A stretch of 40,169 nucleotides of DNA from contig CAZHSX010000002.1 in NCBI GenBank assembly GCA_964535275.1, forward strand, positions 1 through 40,169, written 5' to 3'. Below are positions 8,090 through 13,926 of the stretch, one piece after another (position 1 is the first letter of the stretch; every line of letters begins with the position of its first letter). The notes beneath the pieces are model-generated. The model did no database searches. It worked only from the letters and a program-made list of their open reading frames with translations, and was not told the DNA's origin. Position numbers and translations under genes: made by a program. This stretch comes from an uncultured Candidatus Saccharimonadales bacterium (lineage in GTDB: Bacteria; Patescibacteriota; Saccharimonadia; UBA4664; CAZHSX01).

Positions 8090-8119
8090 CTCTACCCCCT
8101 CACTTTTATCTTATCTGGG

Positions 8120-8746
8120 CTAATATTTCCTAATCACGCCGATGACCACGCCTTGGATCTGGATATCAGAATGCTTGGGAACGATGATTGGGTCCATAGT
8201 ACTGTTGGCCGGCTGCAGACGGATGTGATCTTTTTCTTTGTAATAGCGCTTCAGCGTCGCTTCCCCGCCATTAATCAGCGCCACTACCACTTCCCCGTTT
8301 GACGGCACTTCTTTTTCTTGAATTACCACGTAGTCGCCGTCCATGATGGCGTCTTCGATCATGCTTTCGCCCTTGACCTGCAGCACATAGGAGTGCCGAC
8401 GGCCGACCATGAAAGGCGGTACTTCTAAGGTTTCGGCATGACCTTCCATGGTTTGAATCGGCTGGCCGGCGGCGATTAGGCCCAGGACCGGCAGACCCAC
8501 GGACCGGTCTTCGTCATAGTCGACGTTTTTAGGTTTGACCAAGGTTATCGAGCGGGCGGCGTTGTCATGCTTTTCCAGCAAACCCTTTTCCACCAAGGTT
8601 TCAATGTGTTCGGCAATGGTAGCAACGGAGCCGAGTTTAAATGCTTCGGCAATTTCGCGGTAGCTAGGGGCGTAGCCGTGTAGCTCGATGAATTCGGAGA
8701 TGTAGTCGAGTACTTCTTTTTGGCGTTTGGTTAATGGTCGGGCCAT
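8120..8746 (-). CDS. lexA: LexA repressor (S24 autopeptidase)
   Basis: N-terminal winged-HTH (LTKRQKEVLDYI...GYAPSYREIA), Ala-Gly cleavage site (LIAAGQPI), catalytic Ser (GESM) and Lys (TLKRYY). Confidence 0.95.
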   Translation of the reverse strand: MARPLTKRQKEVLDYISEFIELHGYAPSYREIAEAFKLGSVATIAEHIETLVEKGLLEKHDNAARSITLVKPKNVDYDEDRSVGLPVLGLIAAGQPIQTMEGHAETLEVPPFMVGRRHSYVLQVKGESMIEDAIMDGDYVVIQEKEVPSNGEVVVALINGGEATLKRYYKEKDHIRLQPANSTMDPIIVPKHSDIQIQGVVIGVIRKY

Positions 8747-8774
8747 AGGTCACCTCTAATTTAACTTTAAATCC

Positions 8775-8803
8775 AATGTACCGAACAAAGTCCGAAGTGT
8801 CAA
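8775..8803 (-). promoter_or_regulatory. lexA promoter with embedded Cheo-type half-sites
   Basis: Minus strand reads TTGACA (8798-8803), 17 nt, TACATT (8775-8780), then a GAGGTGA SD. CCGAACAAA (8781-8789) and TTTGTTCGG (8809-8817) flank the -35 box. Confidence 0.6.
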
Positions 8804-8823
8804 GGGTTTTTGTTCGGCTTGAG

Positions 8824-9083
8824 CCCCCGCCCAGTCATAACATTTACATTTGGCCGGTAAGATTTTAGGTCAGGGCGAGGCGCACGGAGCGAGCATATTG
8901 GTGTATATGTGAGCGACGTGCAACGAAGCCCTGGGGTAAAAGATACCGGCCCGGAGGGAACACCCAGTCTACGGCATCTCGGCGTTGCTCCTCACTCACG
9001 ATATCCCGTATCGCTCGTTCGTTGCGCCTTGAGCTACCGCAAGCTGGATGTTCCAAATTGTAAATTTATGGCCGGGTGGGGGC
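8824..9083. other. Rod-like imperfect palindromic element of about 260 nt. Candidate structured ncRNA or MITE.
   Basis: Terminal arms of about 30 nt (8824-8853 and 9054-9083) are complementary. Internal co-linear complementary blocks are 8878-8884/9023-9029, 8887-8892/9011-9016, 8905-8913/8995-9004, 8920-8925/8983-8988 and 8931-8935/8963-8967. Confidence 0.5.
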
Positions 9084-10843
9084 TATGGCGTATCGACGTG
9101 GGTAAAGTCGAGGCTGGATTTGTAGTGTGTGGTCACCGGATCACTGGCGGTAACGTTACCAGCCAAATCCAAAATGTCGCGGTAAAAAATCGTGGTGGAC
9201 GGCTTGGTAACGTCGTTACTACCGTCAATAAAGAAGGGTCCGCGGATGCGGGCGGATTTAGTTTTGGTGCCGTAAAAATCAAACTTCAGCGTCGTACCCT
9301 GAATGACAGTCTGGATCAAAATGTAGCTGCCGGTGTCATTGCGAAATTGAAAATCCACGCCGGGGTTATAAACGGTGGCATCCACACCCGGTACTCCAAA
9401 CGGCGAGGTGTAAAACCCGACGGCGTAGGCGTGGCTGGTACGCTGGACAATCGGCAAGCCGGCCAGCAGAGCCGCCCGGTAGGCGGTGGATGACACCTGG
9501 CAAATGCCGCCGCCAAAAATCGGCTCGATCTTATCCCCCACAATTGACAACCCCGGCGCCCAACCGTGTTCGGCATCGACGTTAATAAAGTACTGATTGA
9601 ACGAAAACGTTTCGCCGGGTTTGACCAGCACGCCGTTGTACAGCGCCGCCCCCAGGCGAATGTTATTAATCCGCGCCGCCGCCGAACCCGGGAAATAAGT
9701 TACGCCTTCGCCGATTAATTCCTTAATGCCGAGATTGTTTAGGCTTTCTTCGCTAACATCCGGCTTGAGCGGCTGCAAGTTAACGGCCGCCTGACGCTGA
9801 CCGAGCGGCTGGGTAAGGGCGGCGTTAATGGCTACCACGGCGCCGGCTTGATCCAGCTTGGTGCCGGTGCGGCTGGGCTTAAACACGGTGGCTTTGTCGT
9901 CTTGAATCGTCAGCTGGGCATTCTGGGCTGATTGGTCAACGGACTGGGCCAGGGCGGCCACATAAGCGGTAATTTTGGTTTGATCAAGCTCCACCGTGAC
10001 CCCGCCGGCGTCGTAGAAACGGGTTAGATCAAAGGGGTTGGCAACGGTTGAGCGCTGATGGCCGCGAACATTGAGCCAGCTAATAATGGTGCCGGGATCA
10101 ATGGTCTTTTCGAAACCCTGACCCTTAAGTGTCACCGGCCCCTGTAAGTAAGCATCGGCCTGATGCTTGGCCTGGTCCAGCCCGGCCCCGTCAACTTGCG
10201 GCGCCAAATCATAGACCGGCGCGGTGATTGGATCGTCGCTGGCTTGGCTCAAACGCTCGTTAATAAGTAATGTTAACTGGCCGATGTCCAGCCGCCGACC
10301 GGTTTGCCCGGGCACCACGTGGGCGCCGTCGTCGAGGAATTTGAGGCTGGCGTTAACTGCCGGCTGGGTAACGTCATCGGTAATTTGGGCCAGATACGGC
10401 GTTAACTTAGCATCGTCGTAGGTAAACGAAGCGAAGGTGCTGGGCCGGCCCATAACCGACCGCAGGCGCTGGAGCAATTGCGACAGCAGCGAACCGCGCC
10501 GGCCGAAAGTTAGGGCTGCATCCACTGCCCGCCCGGCGTCATATTTTAGGTTAATTTGCTCGGTGGGAATGCGCAGGGTGCTGCTGCCGTAATTGATCGT
10601 CAAGATCGCCACCCGATAATCTTTGAGCTGATCGTTGGCAGTTTGAATAGCGGCATCCCGACCCAAACCCCCCACGTAGGCACCATCAACGCTGACGCCC
10701 GGAAAGGCCTTGCCGGCGTAAACCAAGCTAAAGCCGACGGCAAACAAGCCGGTTAAGGCGGCCAGAGAAAACACGGCGATGCCAAACTTCTGACCGCGCG
10801 TGCGGCTGGGCTCCGGTTTGACTGGAATTGGAGTTTTTGCCAT
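9083..10843 (-). CDS. VanW-domain protein with an N-terminal membrane anchor
   Basis: TM at FGIAVFSLAALTGLFAVGF. C-terminal VanW-like region (KPGETFSFNQYF ... GGGICQVSSTAYRAALLAGLPIVQRTSH). 586 aa. Confidence 0.8.
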   Translation of the reverse strand: MAKTPIPVKPEPSRTRGQKFGIAVFSLAALTGLFAVGFSLVYAGKAFPGVSVDGAYVGGLGRDAAIQTANDQLKDYRVAILTINYGSSTLRIPTEQINLKYDAGRAVDAALTFGRRGSLLSQLLQRLRSVMGRPSTFASFTYDDAKLTPYLAQITDDVTQPAVNASLKFLDDGAHVVPGQTGRRLDIGQLTLLINERLSQASDDPITAPVYDLAPQVDGAGLDQAKHQADAYLQGPVTLKGQGFEKTIDPGTIISWLNVRGHQRSTVANPFDLTRFYDAGGVTVELDQTKITAYVAALAQSVDQSAQNAQLTIQDDKATVFKPSRTGTKLDQAGAVVAINAALTQPLGQRQAAVNLQPLKPDVSEESLNNLGIKELIGEGVTYFPGSAAARINNIRLGAALYNGVLVKPGETFSFNQYFINVDAEHGWAPGLSIVGDKIEPIFGGGICQVSSTAYRAALLAGLPIVQRTSHAYAVGFYTSPFGVPGVDATVYNPGVDFQFRNDTGSYILIQTVIQGTTLKFDFYGTKTKSARIRGPFFIDGSNDVTKPSTTIFYRDILDLAGNVTASDPVTTHYKSSLDFTHVDTP

Positions 10844-10858
10844 ACCCTGATTATAAGC

Positions 10859-11692
10859 CTAAACGTCGAGGTAGGCGGTATATCCTGAAGCGGCCGGCTT
10901 AATCGGGAAGTTTTCCACCTTTTGGGCCACGATCGTAAAATGATGGGCATATTTGCGCAACAGCGGTAATCTGGCCAGCCGTTGATCGAACTTCCAGACG
11001 CGGGTGAGGTCCAGGCCCTTAAACAGTTTGGCCAGTTTGGTATAAATCAGTTCGTCGTGCTCGATTTTAACAATGTCAAAGCCGGTCAAGTTAAGTTTAA
11101 TGATGATTTCCTCGAAGTCATAACGCACAATGTGCCGCCAGCGTTTTTTATCCGCCGCAATTTTTTCGGCCAGGGCGTGGGTGGTCGGCAGATTCCAGAT
11201 AAACAGATGGCCGCCGGGTTTTAAAAGACGATTCAAATACCGCAGGGCCTCGACATCAGTGATGCCGTGCTCGAAGGTGTGTTCCAAAACTCCCGAAGAA
11301 ATCACCGCGTCATAAGATTCGGCCGCCAAGTCTTGTTTCAATTTGGAAAAATCCGGATCAAAAACCGGCTTATTAATTCCCAACTGCTTGTGCCAGTACC
11401 CAATTTCGGCGTTGTCGTAGGGGTTATAAGCCGAAACTTCAAAATCATCCTGTAACAAGTAGGTAATTTGCCCCAAAAAAGCTCCCCAATCCATAATCTT
11501 GGCCTTTTTCTTCAGATATTTTCGCACAATGGCCGTGTAGTAAACGTAGGGCGTTAATTCGCCCAGATTGGCGATGTGCTCGGTGTACTGGCGGTACTTG
11601 GCCGGCGCTTTGGCCAGATGATCAAGGATGGTTTGCAGCTTACCGCGGTCGGCCTGGTATTGTTTCTGAAATTCAGGGTAGCTTAAAAGCAT
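10859..11692 (-). CDS. Class I SAM-dependent methyltransferase (probable)
   Basis: AVISSGVLEHTFE ... LKPGGHLFIW post-I and motif II-like segments. Motif I is degenerate. Confidence 0.6.
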   Translation of the reverse strand: MLLSYPEFQKQYQADRGKLQTILDHLAKAPAKYRQYTEHIANLGELTPYVYYTAIVRKYLKKKAKIMDWGAFLGQITYLLQDDFEVSAYNPYDNAEIGYWHKQLGINKPVFDPDFSKLKQDLAAESYDAVISSGVLEHTFEHGITDVEALRYLNRLLKPGGHLFIWNLPTTHALAEKIAADKKRWRHIVRYDFEEIIIKLNLTGFDIVKIEHDELIYTKLAKLFKGLDLTRVWKFDQRLARLPLLRKYAHHFTIVAQKVENFPIKPAASGYTAYLDV

Positions 11693-11698
11693 AGAGGA

Positions 11699-11727
11699 AT
11701 AATAACCTGGGAATTTGGGGATAACAA
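11699..11727 (-). promoter_or_regulatory. Putative promoter of the 10859-11692 methyltransferase, leaderless layout
   Basis: Minus strand reads TTGTTA (11722-11727), 17 nt, TATTAT (11699-11704), 6 nt, ATG (11692). Confidence 0.45.
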
Positions 11728-11730
11728 TAC

Positions 11731-11759
11731 AAAGAAAATGCCGGGATGTCGCTCCCGGC
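11731..11759 (-). terminator. Rho-independent terminator of the CHAP-propeller gene
   Basis: GCCGGGA (11740-11746) pairs with TCCCGGC (11753-11759). On the minus strand it is followed by ATTTTCTTT. Confidence 0.65.
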
Positions 11760-11803
11760 AGGCGCTGCTTTTGAAGTAGCAGTAACTTTCGTTCGTTTAC
11801 AGC

Positions 11804-13234
11804 TCAGCCCATTGAGGCTGCGCTGGGCGCAGATGCCAAGGTTCCGCCAAGGGATTCCCAGGCACTCCAAGCTCCCGAAGCAAACCTTCGATGAGAAAGA
11901 CCGTTGCTGACATTCTCTACGAAGATGTCCATTACTCCGGACTGCGGAGAGGTGGCGCCAGGTGCAGAGGCTAGTGATCCACCAAGTGACTCCCAAAGCC
12001 CCCAGACATTATCGTAACGGACATGTTCAAGCGAGCCGTCGGTAGCTTCAGCAAAGACATCAAGCACATTGGCTTGAATGCTAACGGCTGCCGGCGCAGA
12101 TGCTAGTGTTCCACCTAGGGATTCCCAGGCCGACCACGAGCCAGAAGCAAAACGCCGGTGCGACAGCCCATTACTACCGTTCTTGACGAAAACGTCCATG
12201 ACCCCAGCTGCCGGGGATGTGACCGAGGGCGCCGACGTCAGAGTGCCGCCCAACGACTCCCAAGAACCCCAGCCGCTATCGTACCTCACATGCTCAAGCG
12301 AACCATCACTGGCTTCGGCGAAAACATCCAATACATTTGCCTGGATGCTGATCGCGGCCGGAGCTGAGGCTAAGGTGCCACCAAGTGATTCCCACGCGGA
12401 CCAAGCCCCTGAGGCAAAGCGACGGTGGGAGAGGCCGTTGCTGGCATTTTCGACAAAAACATCGAGTACGCCGGCTGCAGGTGAAATCACTGCCGGACTA
12501 GACGCTAAGGTGCCACCCAGTGATTCCCATGATCCCCAGCCGTTGTCGTAACGAACGTGTTCGAGAGTGCTGTCGCTGGCTTCTGCAAAAACGTCGAGCG
12601 TCGTGTTGAGCGAAGAACTAGACGTCGTCGGGGTATTAGCCAGGGAATGCACCACGCCGCGTATCGGCAGAGTAACATCGGAACGTGATAGCGTAGTGCC
12701 GGACAGTGTGTACGTTGCCAGATGAGCGGTCCCACTGCCACTGACCATATAGTTCTGTTCAACTGCGTAAACCGTTGCGCCCTCGATTCTATCTACAACC
12801 GAGACGTGGCCGTCAGGAGAACCCGAGGTATGGTTATGCACAATCATGTCACCCGGCACAATTCGCAACGCCGGACTGCCGTTGGGATAAGCCACCATCC
12901 CCATGAAGGGTGCTCCGTCGTAAATCTGATAGGCAGAGGCAGCCGGTGTATTGGGGGATTGGATGAAGCGTCCGTTGTTCTGAGTATACCAACCGCGGGT
13001 GTAATACAGCCTTTGCGGCAATTCGACACACTGCCACGCCGAGCCGACTGGCGTCTGACCACCACATGAAACGGTATCCCAAGTGCCCGACATACTACAG
13101 GCGTTGACACCTTGACCACCCATCCAGTTGGATCCCCAAATTGCCGGCGTCGTATCGGCACGGGCAGATTGCACGCTCACGAGTAAGAGCGCTGACACAA
13201 CAAAAGCAAGCGACCACGGGCGTCGCTGCTGCAT
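11804..13234 (-). CDS. Secreted CHAP-domain peptidoglycan amidase/peptidase fused to a six-blade WxxWESLGG repeat (beta-propeller-like) domain
   Basis: Start moved to ATG 13234, which has a GGGAGG SD 6 nt upstream. The track start at 13279 lacks one. Signal peptide MQQRRPWSLAFVVSALLLVSVQSARA. CHAP Cys (AWQCVELPQ) and His (DGHVSVVD). Six repeats of 44-45 aa. Confidence 0.8.
   Translation of the reverse strand: MQQRRPWSLAFVVSALLLVSVQSARADTTPAIWGSNWMGGQGVNACSMSGTWDTVSCGGQTPVGSAWQCVELPQRLYYTRGWYTQNNGRFIQSPNTPAASAYQIYDGAPFMGMVAYPNGSPALRIVPGDMIVHNHTSGSPDGHVSVVDRIEGATVYAVEQNYMVSGSGTAHLATYTLSGTTLSRSDVTLPIRGVVHSLANTPTTSSSSLNTTLDVFAEASDSTLEHVRYDNGWGSWESLGGTLASSPAVISPAAGVLDVFVENASNGLSHRRFASGAWSAWESLGGTLASAPAAISIQANVLDVFAEASDGSLEHVRYDSGWGSWESLGGTLTSAPSVTSPAAGVMDVFVKNGSNGLSHRRFASGSWSAWESLGGTLASAPAAVSIQANVLDVFAEATDGSLEHVRYDNVWGLWESLGGSLASAPGATSPQSGVMDIFVENVSNGLSHRRFASGAWSAWESLGGTLASAPSAASMG
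11816..12604 (-). repeat. Intragenic tandem repeat: three copies of an 89-aa (267-nt) super-unit, each built of two blades
   Basis: Blades begin at LDVF/MDVF/MDIF with 44/45-aa spacing. Alternating A (LDVFAEASD.SLEHVRYD.GWGSWESLGG) and B (DVFVEN.SNGLSHRRFASG.WSAWESLGG) types. Confidence 0.85.
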
Positions 13235-13382
13235 ACTTACCTCCCTTGTCGAAGGGCATTCGGCGATTTGCCGAACCAACCAATATTAGCACTAAAAAAT
13301 GTACAACTGATTAAACAGGTTACGTTTGTGGTATCAGTGTTATAATATGAAGGTCTAGGGGGTCAAACAAAAGGCAAAAGTC

Positions 13383-13925
13383 ATGGTCAAAAAGTTAATT
13401 CGCAATAAGGCCGTCATAGTGGGGGTAGGGGTTTTAGCTGTTGGCTTGGCCGCCTATGCTTTTCGCGTTAAGGATAGCCAAACCCACACCTCAAACCCCA
13501 GCACTGGCTCTACCCCCAATCAATCTCAAACCACCACCAACAGCCCGGGCAATGACAGCCAACCCCGCAGTGGGACTTCTGTTTCCCCCAGTAATCAACC
13601 AACCACCCCAGCTCCGGCCGCTCCGGCAACCAAGCAAACCGTTAACCCACTGGTAACCGCCTTAAGCCAAAGCGCCACCACAGTGATGTTGAGAGCTAGG
13701 GTTAGTGCCTCGTCGGGAACCTGCACTGCCGTTTTTTCGAAGTCCGGCTACAGCAATGTCGAACGCTCGGCTGGGCTGGTGTTTGTCAGCTCTTATTACG
13801 CCTGCGACGGATTTGATATTGATAAAACTGCTTTCCCAGCAAAGGGTGACTGGACGGCCAAGGTTAAATTCAGTTCCGACACCGCTGAAGGTGAATCTGA
13901 TACCCAGACTATAACGGTGAACTAG
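13383..13925 (+). CDS. Membrane-anchored protein with a Ser/Thr/Pro/Asn-rich linker and a small C-terminal Cys-containing domain
   Basis: TM at AVIVGVGVLAVGLAAYAF. Low-complexity linker of about 70 aa. C-terminal domain of about 90 aa with 2 Cys. TGtTATAAT extended -10 at 13338-13346. Confidence 0.6.
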   Translation: MVKKLIRNKAVIVGVGVLAVGLAAYAFRVKDSQTHTSNPSTGSTPNQSQTTTNSPGNDSQPRSGTSVSPSNQPTTPAPAAPATKQTVNPLVTALSQSATTVMLRARVSASSGTCTAVFSKSGYSNVERSAGLVFVSSYYACDGFDIDKTAFPAKGDWTAKVKFSSDTAEGESDTQTITVN

Positions 13926-13926
13926 C

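Noticed and set aside
8824-9083. Identity of the palindromic element as tmRNA, RNase P RNA, SRP RNA, a group II intron domain, a hammerhead or a retron msr/msd
   Set aside because: - I found no tRNA-like T-arm or GGTTCGAATCC-type end (tmRNA).
- There is no GAGGAAAGTCCGG or ACAGAA-type block (RNase P RNA).
- CCGGAGGGAACACC only loosely resembles the SRP GGAA-tetraloop helix 8.
- There is no CUGANGA core (hammerhead).
- There is no reverse transcriptase nearby (retron).

None of these can be supported by eye.
8865-9493. ORFs at 8865-9056 (-, 63 aa) and 8909-9493 (+, 194 aa)
   Set aside because: Both use non-ATG starts without an SD and lie inside the palindromic element. The + ORF runs antisense through the 3-prime end of the well-supported vanW-like gene. 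The Arg/Gly/Pro-rich composition is typical of off-frame GC-rich DNA.
11673-13292. Multiple alternative-frame and antisense ORFs inside the CHAP-propeller gene (for example 12078-12551 +, 12722-13069 +, 12844-13161 -, 11673-11996 -)
   Set aside because: They are artefacts of the stop-poor 267-nt tandem repeat and the GC-rich coding sequence. The main frame has a signal peptide, catalytic motifs and an SD.
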